From Promethearchaeota archaeon (GTDB lineage: Archaea; Asgardarchaeota; Lokiarchaeia; Sigyniarchaeales; Promethearchaeaceae): a stretch of 32,000 nt of DNA. A program made the position numbers and the translations under genes. The stretch covers positions 167,590 to 199,589 of the forward strand of contig JAFGBS010000009.1 of the NCBI GenBank assembly GCA_016933055.1. The letters run 5' to 3'. Shown here in pieces: positions 16,040 through 25,476 of the stretch; the stretch's first letter is position 1, and each line of letters begins with the position of its first letter. The notes under the pieces are model-generated. The model had not been told where the DNA came from, searched no databases, and saw only the letters and a list, made by a program, of their open reading frames with translations.

Positions 16040-16776
16040 GATTTTATTTCTTCCAAAAACTTATCAACCATATCGCAGACCTTTAACGCTCGCTGAGATG
16101 CAGAGAATCGACGAATATCATATTGAAAATCCCTTACTCTATCGATTAATTTTTGAATATCATTTCGGGAATTTTGCTGTTTTTGGATAGCAGGAATTTT
16201 TGATGCGTACACAATAGCTTCTAAAGCTAAATTGTCTCCTCGATTAACTGGTTGAGATTGTTTGAATGATTGATACATCTCCTTTACAAGTACTTGAAAA
16301 GTTACCTTAAATTCAGGGTGTTCCTCACTAGAATGAGGATTTTTCAGAAATATAGGTTTATTTCGTATATTGATTTCTCCAAGAATGAGAATTTGGGATT
16401 GTTTTAGGAACGCATATCCTTTGTGAATATCCAAGTAAGATTGATCCATCTCTTCAACATCGATACCGGCATGTTCTCCTCTTAACGCTGCCAGAGCAAA
16501 ATATTCGACATCATCGGTGAAATTGATGGTTATAAATTTGACATTCGGGTTCATTAACAGCTCAAAAGTATCTGTATCGGGATATGGTTTTAGGAACATT
16601 ACCTTATTACCGCTAAATCTTATTCCCATAGCCGAAGCATTGAATCTCTGTTGATTTGGCCATTGAATAACTACAATTGATTCATATAATTTACCATTTT
16701 CGAAGGGGAAATCTATTTCGTCCATGCTATCAATGTTAATTTGAATAAAGTCTTTATTTTTGTTATGTGCACCCAT
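16036..16776 (-). CDS. DUF447-like protein (FMN-binding split-barrel-like; a family that accompanies H4MPT-linked C1 genes)
   Basis: LYESIVVIQW...FNASAMGIRFSGNKVMFLKPYPDTDTFELL...ITINFTDDVEYF fits the remembered DUF447 pattern (YE.I..T...NaAPMG....l.l.p..gs.T..NL....vN..dD...f). This is memory-based, not a search result. Confidence 0.45.
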   Translation of the reverse strand: MGAHNKNKDFIQINIDSMDEIDFPFENGKLYESIVVIQWPNQQRFNASAMGIRFSGNKVMFLKPYPDTDTFELLMNPNVKFITINFTDDVEYFALAALRGEHAGIDVEEMDQSYLDIHKGYAFLKQSQILILGEINIRNKPIFLKNPHSSEEHPEFKVTFQVLVKEMYQSFKQSQPVNRGDNLALEAIVYASKIPAIQKQQNSRNDIQKLIDRVRDFQYDIRRFSASQRALKVCDMVDKFLEEIKS

Positions 16777-16813
16777 ATCAATCTATAAGAAAACGTTTAT
16801 TTTCTATATTGCT

Positions 16814-16820
16814 AAGGTGG
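16814..16820 (+). promoter_or_regulatory. Shine-Dalgarno-like site AAGGTGG
   Basis: It lies 4 nt upstream of the ATG at 16825 and is complementary to the conserved 3' end of 16S rRNA. Confidence 0.5.
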
Positions 16821-16824
16821 TATT

Positions 16825-17895
16825 ATGGTTCGTGTTGTCGGTGTAGATCCGGGTTCTGCGAGTTGGGATTTTGTTGGGATGGATGAAGATGGATCATTCT
16901 TTCTGGATCACTCTATTCCGACCAAACAAATTCAAAAACATCCTGAACTCTTCTTAAACCTTATAGAAACAACTGATTTTGATATAATGTCTGCACCCTC
17001 AGGATTTGGACTTCCCTTAAAAAAAATTGAAGATTTGAAAGAAGAGGATTTCTTTTTTGCACTCTTAAAGAAAAATCCCGAAAAAGGTATGATCGTGGGA
17101 CTAGGGCAAATTCTGAAAATACTACAAGAACAAAAAGTAAATGGATATTTTTTACCCAGTGTGAAGCACCTTTCTACGGTTCCAAGACATAAAAAAGTGA
17201 ATAAAATTGATTTAGGAACTGCAGATAAATTATGTACCGTCGTAGTAGGTATTCGCAATCAAATGGAGGATTATAACATCTCTTGTGAGGAGTCCTCTTT
17301 CATCATGGTTGAAATGGGTTATGGTTTTAATGCCGTCATTGCAATTGAAAATGGACAAATAACTGATGGAATTGGAGGATCTCAACTAATGGGTTTCCGT
17401 GCGGTAGGTTCCATTGATGCTGAAATAGCTTATTTGATGGGAAAGATCAAGAAAAAAGATGTGTATCGAGGTGGAGTGAGCTCAATAGCGGGATATTTTG
17501 ATATGAGAGCTGAAGAGCTCTTATTATTATCAAAAAAAGATAGAAAAACAAAATTGGCAATGGATGCATTTTATGATAACTTGATCAAATCCGTGTACGC
17601 TATCTCGAGCTCCTTTTCATCGAGGGATGCTATTAAAGAAATTTTATTTGCAGGAAGGCTTGCAAAAATTGATGCTTTAATTCAACCTTTGAAAGAAAAA
17701 TTATCTTTTATTGCCCCCACCAAAGTTATGCGATCATATGTATCAATTTCCAAAGAATCTGCCCAAGGCGCTGCATTTATAGCAAATGGATTATCGGGTG
17801 GAAGATTTGCAGACATCGTTGACAATTTGAAAATTCGAGAATCATCTGGCAGTATTTTGGATGATATCTATCTACCGTTGGAACAGCGAATGTAA
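16825..17895 (+). CDS. ASKHA-fold (acetate/sugar kinase-Hsp70-actin) protein, DUF1464-like
   Basis: The N-terminal phosphate-1 motif is MVRVVGVDPGSASWDFVG. Later glycine motifs are GTADKL and DGIGGSQLMG. At 356 aa the size fits DUF1464 and BcrAD/BadFG-type ATPases. Confidence 0.5.
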   Translation: MVRVVGVDPGSASWDFVGMDEDGSFFLDHSIPTKQIQKHPELFLNLIETTDFDIMSAPSGFGLPLKKIEDLKEEDFFFALLKKNPEKGMIVGLGQILKILQEQKVNGYFLPSVKHLSTVPRHKKVNKIDLGTADKLCTVVVGIRNQMEDYNISCEESSFIMVEMGYGFNAVIAIENGQITDGIGGSQLMGFRAVGSIDAEIAYLMGKIKKKDVYRGGVSSIAGYFDMRAEELLLLSKKDRKTKLAMDAFYDNLIKSVYAISSSFSSRDAIKEILFAGRLAKIDALIQPLKEKLSFIAPTKVMRSYVSISKESAQGAAFIANGLSGGRFADIVDNLKIRESSGSILDDIYLPLEQRM

Positions 17896-17977
17896 AATAG
17901 GTTTTATATGAGAGATTTTTACTTATTCTTTAATAGATCAAATCCTATATTTACTCCACATATAGAGATGCATACAG

Positions 17978-19672
17978 ATGGCTACCTCCTTACGTATCTT
18001 ATTAATTACGGGTGAACAGAGTTTTAACGAGATTCAGCAAATTGCGAATAAAGTGAATGGAGAAAAGGATCTAAATATTCACTGTGAAATTCGGATGGTA
18101 TCCGTAGATGTTTCTGCATTCATCACTCCCGAACATGTTACTGAATTGTGCATTCCTTTCACCGAAGAGAATTATGATTTCGCATTAATTCCGGGTTTCA
18201 CTACATGGGATTCAAGTATTTTGAAAGATAAAATTCAGATACCCGTGTACAAAGGTACACGGTTTTCTGGGGATTTATACGATTTACTCTGTCACATAAG
18301 AGAACTTAAGTTACCTACTAAAAAAGCTGCAGATCATTTACTCCAAACTAGAAGTCGACAGAAAATTCAGGAATATGTTGAAAATCTTGGTGAAACCTTT
18401 TTCACGCAAGGACAACCAATATCAGGATCTCGAGTATTGCAATTTGTCACACCTAATGGACGAAGAATCTTAACAGGAGGAGATTTTCCACCATTATTGT
18501 TCGCGGAAATAGTGGATGCTCCAAAATTATCCGAATCCGAAATCATGGAAAAAGTTCATTATTATATGGATTCGGGAGCAAATGTGATTGATATCGGGAT
18601 GATCTTTGGACAATCCCATCCAGATCTTATTCGAAAAATCGTTCCGAAAATAAAAAACACATGCGATATTTTAGTTAGCATAGACAGTGTGCGCATAGAT
18701 GAAATTGTGGCCGGGATTGAGTCGGATGTGGATATAATTCTTAGCATTGATGGAGAAAACATCGATTCATTTTTAGAGTATTCGGAAAATCATCAAATAA
18801 AACGAGATCTTGGAATAGTATTAATTCCACTTGATGGTCCTAATCATACGGCTATAGAAAATCCCACCGCAAAAGCCGAATTTCTCATATCTTTAGCAAA
18901 AAACCTACGCAATCACGGGTTTAACAATATATTTTATGATTCCCTTTTAAAAAACCCTATTTCACCGGGATTAATGGATTCTTTGCACTGTTATTACATC
19001 CACAATGAAATTGTACAACAGCAACCCGAAATATACTATCCTACCTTTATGGGATTACATAATGTATTTGAGCTTGTCGATGCGGATAGCAGTGGAATGA
19101 TCAGCTTACTATCCTTAATTGCATCAGAATTGAATTGTGCCGGAATCTTTACGACAGAATTTAGTCCAAAAACACTAGGTTCCATACGAGAGACTCGTAA
19201 AAGCATTGATTTTGCTTATTTTGCAAAAATCTCCAAATCACCCCCCACAAGCTTAGGACTGGATGCATTTTTTGTGAAATCTAAACGAAGGTCCCTCTCA
19301 AGAACTGAGGAACCGAGTATAATCCTCAACCTACATACAAACGAAATTTCCCAAGAAAATCTCAAAGAATTGATATCACCCGATGATAAATTTATCCACG
19401 ACACTACGGGGTACTTCAAAATCTACATAAATCACTTAACTCGCTTAATTGAAGTAATTTTTATACCCTTTGATGAGACAAAAAAGCGATTAAACCTAAC
19501 TGGACCCTTACTTTTAAAAGGACGATCTGCAGAGCATTTGTATAAAACCATTCATCAATTGGGTTTAGTGACGGAAATCTCTCATGCATTTTATCTTGGT
19601 AAAGAATTAAGCAAAGCTGAATACGCATTACATGTCAATGCTCCGTATTTCGAGGATACTGAATTAGAATAA
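17978..19672 (+). CDS. Dihydropteroate-synthase-related protein with a DUF4346-like C-terminal domain (archaeal H4MPT-type)
   Basis: 564 aa. The central pterin-binding-like segment is YYMDSGANVIDIGMIFG...ILVSIDS. The C-terminus GYFKIYINH...LKGRSAEHLYKTIHQLGLVTEISHAFYLGKELSKAEYAL matches the remembered DUF4346 signature. Confidence 0.6.
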   Translation: MATSLRILLITGEQSFNEIQQIANKVNGEKDLNIHCEIRMVSVDVSAFITPEHVTELCIPFTEENYDFALIPGFTTWDSSILKDKIQIPVYKGTRFSGDLYDLLCHIRELKLPTKKAADHLLQTRSRQKIQEYVENLGETFFTQGQPISGSRVLQFVTPNGRRILTGGDFPPLLFAEIVDAPKLSESEIMEKVHYYMDSGANVIDIGMIFGQSHPDLIRKIVPKIKNTCDILVSIDSVRIDEIVAGIESDVDIILSIDGENIDSFLEYSENHQIKRDLGIVLIPLDGPNHTAIENPTAKAEFLISLAKNLRNHGFNNIFYDSLLKNPISPGLMDSLHCYYIHNEIVQQQPEIYYPTFMGLHNVFELVDADSSGMISLLSLIASELNCAGIFTTEFSPKTLGSIRETRKSIDFAYFAKISKSPPTSLGLDAFFVKSKRRSLSRTEEPSIILNLHTNEISQENLKELISPDDKFIHDTTGYFKIYINHLTRLIEVIFIPFDETKKRLNLTGPLLLKGRSAEHLYKTIHQLGLVTEISHAFYLGKELSKAEYALHVNAPYFEDTELE

Positions 19673-19723
19673 AAATTAAAAAATTAGTAAATCTATTAGA
19701 CGATCCTTAAAAAATAAAAAAAT

Positions 19724-20377
19724 TTATTCCTTTATGGGAGTAATCTTTGACTCAAATTCTTCTAATTTGATGGGAAGTTCCCCATTTGGAGGGATAATCC
19801 CTTTTTCTCTTTGTATTTGTCGCGCCAAAAGATACATAATAAGTGATAATGCTTTTCGACCGCGGTTGTTTGTTGGGATCGCAAGATCTACACCATCTAA
19901 CGTATCATCTGTATCGATCAAACTAACTAATGGAATTCTTGCAAGAGTTGATTCAGCTAAGGCTTGTTTATCGGCATGTGGATCGATGATAAGTACACAA
20001 TCAGCTTCAAAATAGTCATCAATCATTGGATTGGTTAGTGTTCCCGGAATAAACCGTTTATCCATAGATTTTGCGCCAATCACTTCTGCAAATTTACGAA
20101 TGGGTTGTCTACCATATCGCCTTACACTACAAACAAGAATCTTTGATGGGTCAAAACGGGCTAAGAATTTACCTGCAACGCGTAAACGGGTATCAGTTGC
20201 GTTAATATTAATCACATATAGCCCATAACTCGTGGTACGATAGATCCAAGGCTCTGTGTACTTGGTTTTCAATTTAGTACCTATATGAACCCCATGGCTA
20301 AGGTACATTTCTCTATCCACGAGCAATAAAGCCTCTTCGGATGCTTCTTGAATTTCTTGTACTTCTTCTTCCGACAT
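19724..20377 (-). CDS. rps2: 30S ribosomal protein S2 (uS2), archaeal form
   Basis: An acidic N-terminus is followed by LSHGVHIGT...WIYRTTSYGLYVININ...LVCSVRRYGRQP...FIPGTLTNP...LIIDPHADKQAL.E...IP.V.L.DTD. Confidence 0.9.
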   Translation of the reverse strand: MSEEEVQEIQEASEEALLLVDREMYLSHGVHIGTKLKTKYTEPWIYRTTSYGLYVININATDTRLRVAGKFLARFDPSKILVCSVRRYGRQPIRKFAEVIGAKSMDKRFIPGTLTNPMIDDYFEADCVLIIDPHADKQALAESTLARIPLVSLIDTDDTLDGVDLAIPTNNRGRKALSLIMYLLARQIQREKGIIPPNGELPIKLEEFESKITPIKE

Positions 20378-20520
20378 TACACTCTTTCACATTAAACATG
20401 CAATTTTAATTTTTTTGTTGTAATACTTCTGGAAACAGTTGGGATCTTATGGTGTCTTTTCAATTATTTTGGAGAATTTCTGAAAAGAATGCTTTAATGT
20501 CACGGAAATTTGGTTAAAGT

Positions 20521-21315
20521 ATGTCCCAAACCATTGCTATTTCTGGCAAGGGGGGGGTTGGAAAAACAACAATTGCAGCCCTTTTGATAAAATACCTAGC
20601 CAAACACTTCACTGATCGAGACGTCCTAATTATTGATGGAGATCCTGCTAGCAACATACCTGAAGTATTAGGTTTAAAAACGGATTTAGATAAAACTATT
20701 AGTCGAATCACTTTCCATCTCAAGCAGCAAATCGAAAAAGGCTCCCTCCCTCCGGGTTATGATAAAGGTTTACATCTCCAAAACGAGATTTACAAGATTA
20801 TCTACGAAAAACCCGATTATGATGTCCTAATCCTAGGTCGAGGGGAAGGTAAGGGCTGTTATTGCTTTATCAACAATTTATTAAAAAATATTTTGGATCC
20901 CTTAGAGGAAAATTATGATATTATCTTTTTGGATATGGAAGCGGGTTTAGAGCATTTCAGTCGTCGTACTGATCGAGATGTGGACGAACTCATAATTGTG
21001 ACTGATATGAGCAAAATGGGTTTTAATACAATGGATCGGATCGTAGAAATCTCTACCGAGGTGCATTTGAATTTTAAAAAATATTGGATTGTCGGAAATC
21101 GGTTTGATAATGAGGATGCTAAATCTATTCTCGAAGATCGAATCCAACAATTAAAAGATAAATTCCAAATTGATATTGAGTTAATCGGTTATATTCCTCA
21201 AAATAGTGAGATAATTAAGAGGAATCTTATTGGAGAAGCCCTCATAGACGTTCCAGATGAGAACCCTGCATATGTTGAAGCAGAAAGAATGGGAAGAATT
21301 ATCTTTAAACACTAA
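20521..21315 (+). CDS. cooC: CooC/AcsF-type Ni-insertion accessory ATPase (MinD/ParA fold) for CODH/ACS
   Basis: Deviant Walker A IAISGKGGVGKTT plus the CooC-specific CxC metal motif GKGCYCFINNLL. Length 264 aa. Confidence 0.8.
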   Translation: MSQTIAISGKGGVGKTTIAALLIKYLAKHFTDRDVLIIDGDPASNIPEVLGLKTDLDKTISRITFHLKQQIEKGSLPPGYDKGLHLQNEIYKIIYEKPDYDVLILGRGEGKGCYCFINNLLKNILDPLEENYDIIFLDMEAGLEHFSRRTDRDVDELIIVTDMSKMGFNTMDRIVEISTEVHLNFKKYWIVGNRFDNEDAKSILEDRIQQLKDKFQIDIELIGYIPQNSEIIKRNLIGEALIDVPDENPAYVEAERMGRIIFKH

Positions 21316-21326
21316 TTGATTTACAA

Positions 21327-22445
21327 TTATTCCTTGGATGCTTTTGCAACAGCAATTTTCTGATAGAGTTCTAAGGTATTCCTTGGGGGGATCACTTCTT
21401 TCTCTTTTTTAACAAGGCGAATTGCGTCAAAATTACAGAATGTCACGCACACTCCACAACCGATGCATCGGGTTAAATCTACTGTGGAAATTTCATTTAC
21501 GACTTTAGCAGCATCCATAGGACATTTAGCTTCACACAATTTACAACCCGTACAATTTTCAGGGATTACTTCGGCATAGTAATTAGTATGAAAATATTGT
21601 GCAGGATTTTCCAACTTCTTTGCATTAGTCAAAATTTCACATGAGCATCCACAACACATACATAAAGCAAACGGTCTTTGAGTATTTGAGGGTTGTAGGA
21701 CCAACCCAAGTTTTTGTCCTTCTCTAATGATTTTTAATACTTCTTCTTTGGTTATTTTGCGACCTAATCCATTATCGATATAATAATGCGCAGCTCCTCC
21801 GAATTGGAAACAAGTTTCTTTCGGGTGATTGCATCCTTTCCCTAATATATCCTTGGTTTGCCTGCATATGCAATTACTTAGAGAAATAGTATCTGATGCA
21901 TCGGCGAGCAATTGTTCCACCTCATCAAAGGGTGTAACAATATTTTTATGTTCCACCATTTCCTTTACTTCAATTGTTTTTATAGCCTTAGTTGAGGGGA
22001 TCGTGCGCATTTGGGGCACTTTGGTTTTAAGTATCTCATCACGATAAGCTTCGTCCATATAATCAACAAAATTCCGTGCAAAACTGGGGCTTAATCGATT
22101 CACTTGATATTCGAAAATACCCACCGCAAGGGCTGCTATACTGTAATAAATTTTTCCTCTTTCTTTTCCGGTGCCTCCATTAATTACCCCTTTCTTCAAC
22201 ATCTCGTTTAGATTAAATTCTAACCATTCGCGGGATTTTTCTCGTCGTTTAAAATAGGGGTAAATCTCATCTACTGTTTGAGGTATTATTCCTAAGCGTA
22301 ATGCGATCATAGCGTGTTCTGGGTTAAATAATTCCTTAAGTATTTTTAGTTCAACACCAGATTCTGTTTTCGGATAACCGACTGGGAAAGAATCTAAATG
22401 TTTACGAAGTTTTTTGTAGATTTTATCGGTGGAATCACTATTCAT
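21327..22445 (-). CDS. Poly-cysteine Fe-S protein with two C-terminal 4Fe-4S ferredoxin motifs
   Basis: CTGCKLCEAKCP and CIGCGVCVTFCN, plus upstream Cys clusters CICRQT...GCNHPKETC and CMCCGCSCE. The N-terminal region is winged-helix-like. ATG 22445 (MNSDSTDKIYKKL) is preferred over the track start at 22493. Confidence 0.7.
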   Translation of the reverse strand: MNSDSTDKIYKKLRKHLDSFPVGYPKTESGVELKILKELFNPEHAMIALRLGIIPQTVDEIYPYFKRREKSREWLEFNLNEMLKKGVINGGTGKERGKIYYSIAALAVGIFEYQVNRLSPSFARNFVDYMDEAYRDEILKTKVPQMRTIPSTKAIKTIEVKEMVEHKNIVTPFDEVEQLLADASDTISLSNCICRQTKDILGKGCNHPKETCFQFGGAAHYYIDNGLGRKITKEEVLKIIREGQKLGLVLQPSNTQRPFALCMCCGCSCEILTNAKKLENPAQYFHTNYYAEVIPENCTGCKLCEAKCPMDAAKVVNEISTVDLTRCIGCGVCVTFCNFDAIRLVKKEKEVIPPRNTLELYQKIAVAKASKE

Positions 22446-22533
22446 ATCAGTAAATTGGTGAGTTTGGTTTAAAAAATTTGCATAAAAAAACAAGTCTTAA
22501 GAAAGGGTAAGATTGAAGTGATGAAGATAAGAT

Positions 22534-23982
22534 TTAACGATCATTATATTCCTTCATAAACTGTTCAAGGTTCCAATCTTTTTCCATAAATTTCTGTAAT
22601 CCCGAGGAATCCATTGGACCGACCACTACATAACAATTTGCATCATCTTCGATTGCACCACTAAGACGAGCCGCCATTCCAGGAATTACTAAAACGCGGT
22701 GATCTACTGCATCAAACACTTTAAAATCATTAACTGCTTCAGCAACTTTATCGGAGCTTAATTGACCTCCTGCTACACCTGCTTCTATCCCCAATCCTTC
22801 AGTATCTACAACTAAAAGATAGGAATCGATGTGAGCGTCCTTTATGTCTTGTTCCACGGGGATCTTAGTCATTCGATAATTACTCGTCATGAAAATCGGA
22901 GAATTTCTACTCGGACTTCCAATCTCAAAGAATCCTGCATCCACTCGGGGATAGATACGGGGATCGGTGAAAATATTCTGCCTATAGGTCATCAACGCCA
23001 AAGGAACCCATACCTCTTCTTCCGTCCGACCTGAATGGATTATTACTAAACTTACATCCACACTCAGCATCATAATTGCAGTTAATGCTTCTTTATACTG
23101 AACAGCGAAAAGTTCCTCTTCTGATGTGGGGTTATCAATGGCCCAAATGGATGCAGGAACTCCCACGGTAGGATGCTTTGTCAACTCGCTCCCATCTCTG
23201 ATGGAACTATACCGAATTTGCATTATACGATTTAAAGTTTCAGTCGAATACCCAGCACCCATGATAGTTCCGGGATCTAATGCCAATTCTGTTACTCCCA
23301 TATCTTCAAGAGAATGTGCTATGGAAACTAACTCATCCAAATCAGTGGAAAAGCAAACAACTGGGAGATTCAGTTCTATGGCACATTTACCCACATCCTT
23401 CCAATTTTCCTTGGTTGCTGCATAAAGAAGCGGTTTTTTTTCTTTAATCTTTATAGCAGCACTTTTGAGCACCTCGGGATTAAAAGAACATAATATTAAT
23501 GGAAGATTTACGGAATCGGATACTAATTTTACCGTCTTTGCATACATATCGGGATTGTTGGAAGAACTACGAATTGCGATCGCATCCAAGGTCAAGTTTT
23601 CTCCGATTCGGAAGACAACAAACTCATCTAGATGCTTGACTACATCCATTAGGTTCGGCATTTCATCGTAGACTTCGACTGCAATCGCAGTTGGATTGAA
23701 AAACGTCAAATCATGTCGGTGGAATGCTTCTTCGCCACCAATACGGCATAAATTCTTACCAGCTCCGAATTCTAGTGGTAGTTGAGGTGGTTTAATGAGT
23801 TCTTCTATTTGTTTTCTCTTCTTTGGGGGGAGATGTTTTGGAGGACAATCTTCTAATTTTACTCGACGCTCTAATAAATCCGTTACAAACTCCATACATG
23901 TGTTACGACCACACTCTTTACAATTGCTACGATCAAGTAATTTATAAATTTGGAGGGGGGATGCTCTTTTTACCAATTCCAT
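22534..23982 (-). CDS. cdhE: Acetyl-CoA decarbonylase/synthase gamma subunit (corrinoid Fe-S protein large subunit, CdhE/AcsC)
   Basis: The N-terminus ASPLQIYKLLDRSNCKECGRNTCMEFVTDLLERRVKLEDCPP carries the CX2CX4C...C cluster motif characteristic of CdhE/AcsC. The 482-aa length fits. Confidence 0.85.
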   Translation of the reverse strand: MELVKRASPLQIYKLLDRSNCKECGRNTCMEFVTDLLERRVKLEDCPPKHLPPKKRKQIEELIKPPQLPLEFGAGKNLCRIGGEEAFHRHDLTFFNPTAIAVEVYDEMPNLMDVVKHLDEFVVFRIGENLTLDAIAIRSSSNNPDMYAKTVKLVSDSVNLPLILCSFNPEVLKSAAIKIKEKKPLLYAATKENWKDVGKCAIELNLPVVCFSTDLDELVSIAHSLEDMGVTELALDPGTIMGAGYSTETLNRIMQIRYSSIRDGSELTKHPTVGVPASIWAIDNPTSEEELFAVQYKEALTAIMMLSVDVSLVIIHSGRTEEEVWVPLALMTYRQNIFTDPRIYPRVDAGFFEIGSPSRNSPIFMTSNYRMTKIPVEQDIKDAHIDSYLLVVDTEGLGIEAGVAGGQLSSDKVAEAVNDFKVFDAVDHRVLVIPGMAARLSGAIEDDANCYVVVGPMDSSGLQKFMEKDWNLEQFMKEYNDR

Positions 23983-24102
23983 TCACCAATATAATAAAAC
24001 TAATCTGACTGGGTAATAAAAAGAGTTGTTTTGGTTTTTTCAATAAAAGGTAAAAATCGATAAATGGAATTAAATAATGTTGGAGGATAGATTGTATAGA
24101 GA

Positions 24103-25476
24103 ATGAATGATATCGATCGTGCAACGCAATCGGTGATGGATGCCCATGAAAACGCCAAAAATGATCCATCCCGTCCCCAATTTCATTTACTTCCACCAAG
24201 TATGTGGATGAATGATCCAAATGGACTGATATATTATAACAACAAATATCACTTATTTTATCAGCATAATCCTTTTAGGGCTAAATGGGGCCCCATGTAT
24301 TGGGGTCACGCAGAATCCTCTGATCTCATTCACTGGACCCATTTACAGATAGCATTGGCACCAGATAAAAAAAAGGGGGAAAAATACTGTTTTTCTGGTT
24401 GTTGTGTAGATGATGATGGAATTCCTACAATTCTCTATACAAGTATACATTCCCTGCTAAATGTGTTATATGGGGGTCAAACTTGGATTGCGACAAGTGA
24501 TTCCGATTTAATTGAATGGAGACGCAATCCAAACAATCCGATAATGAAAAACTCTATGCATAACATAACTATCCGCCATTGGAGAGATCCTTACGTATGG
24601 AAAGAAAATAATGTATGGTATATGGTAATGGGGGGTCAGCTTACCCAACCCAAACGTGGCGCTGTTTTCTTATACACGTCAACGGATTTATATCATTGGG
24701 TATATAAGGGCATTTTCTCTGAGGGAGATCCTAACATCCATAAGAAGCCTTGGGAATGTCCCAATCTCTTAAAATGGGATAATAATGCCGTACTCATTAT
24801 CTCTCCTATGGATAAAGTGCAATTCTCACTCGTAAATTTAAAACAAGAATACACGAACTCTTCAGAATGGTTTATTTTTGATCATGGTAGGGAATTTTAT
24901 GCTCCACAAGCTATAAAACACCCTCACAATGAGGAAAAATATTTATTATGGGGCTGGATCAAAGGAGGTGGAATCCAAGATCAATGGAATGGATGTTTTA
25001 GCATACCTAGAGAATTAGAATTGATCGATAACAGATTAAAAATAACTCCTTCTTCCTCAATAACACAGTTGCGTCATCACCATCGCCATTTTATCAATCA
25101 ATCTGCTATATGTAACCTTCATGATGGATGCGGGGAACTCATACTAAAAATACCCCAAGATGTTTCTTTTACCATAGATATTTACCAAAATCCAAAGAAT
25201 AAATTCAGTATTATTTACCATCCAAAATCCAATTCATTCATCATGGGAAAAGAAATTACAGAATATCATTCACTTCAGGAAGAGATTACATTGCATATAT
25301 TTATCGATAGGAGTGTAATTGAGGCATTTTTTAACTATCAAGAATGTTTTACAACTCGTTTTTATCCACTCTCATACACAGACATAAGTATTGATTGTAA
25401 GGTACCAGGAACAGAATTACTTTCGTTGGATGTATGGGATTTATCAGGAATTATCAACAATTATGCTTCAAAGTAA
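24103..25476 (+). CDS. Glycoside hydrolase family 32 (beta-fructofuranosidase/invertase-type)
   Basis: All three GH32 catalytic signatures are present: WMNDPNG, WRDPYVW and WECPNL. A C-terminal beta-sandwich region follows. There is no signal peptide. Confidence 0.85.
   Translation: MNDIDRATQSVMDAHENAKNDPSRPQFHLLPPSMWMNDPNGLIYYNNKYHLFYQHNPFRAKWGPMYWGHAESSDLIHWTHLQIALAPDKKKGEKYCFSGCCVDDDGIPTILYTSIHSLLNVLYGGQTWIATSDSDLIEWRRNPNNPIMKNSMHNITIRHWRDPYVWKENNVWYMVMGGQLTQPKRGAVFLYTSTDLYHWVYKGIFSEGDPNIHKKPWECPNLLKWDNNAVLIISPMDKVQFSLVNLKQEYTNSSEWFIFDHGREFYAPQAIKHPHNEEKYLLWGWIKGGGIQDQWNGCFSIPRELELIDNRLKITPSSSITQLRHHHRHFINQSAICNLHDGCGELILKIPQDVSFTIDIYQNPKNKFSIIYHPKSNSFIMGKEITEYHSLQEEITLHIFIDRSVIEAFFNYQECFTTRFYPLSYTDISIDCKVPGTELLSLDVWDLSGIINNYASK

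Noticed and set aside
16932-17258. 108-aa minus-strand ORF
   Set aside because: It is antisense to the DUF1464-like ASKHA gene, which has a clear phosphate-1 motif and an SD site. The ORF has no features of its own.
16825-17895. Possibility that the ASKHA-fold protein is an Asgard actin (lokiactin/crenactin-like)
   Set aside because: The N-terminal motif VGVDPGSASWDF and the overall pattern fit small-molecule-kinase or BcrAD/DUF1464-type ATPases. They do not fit the actin-type DNGSG..K.G signature. The context is pterin metabolism.
20545-20556. G8 homopolymer in the cooC P-loop codons (aagggggggggtt)
   Set aside because: It encodes the conserved GKGGVGKT Walker A motif in frame. There is no evidence of a frameshift or phase variation.
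23942-24220. 92-aa minus-strand ORF bridging the cdhE / GH32 divergent promoter
   Set aside because: It overlaps both real gene starts and the AT-rich promoter region, and has no motifs.
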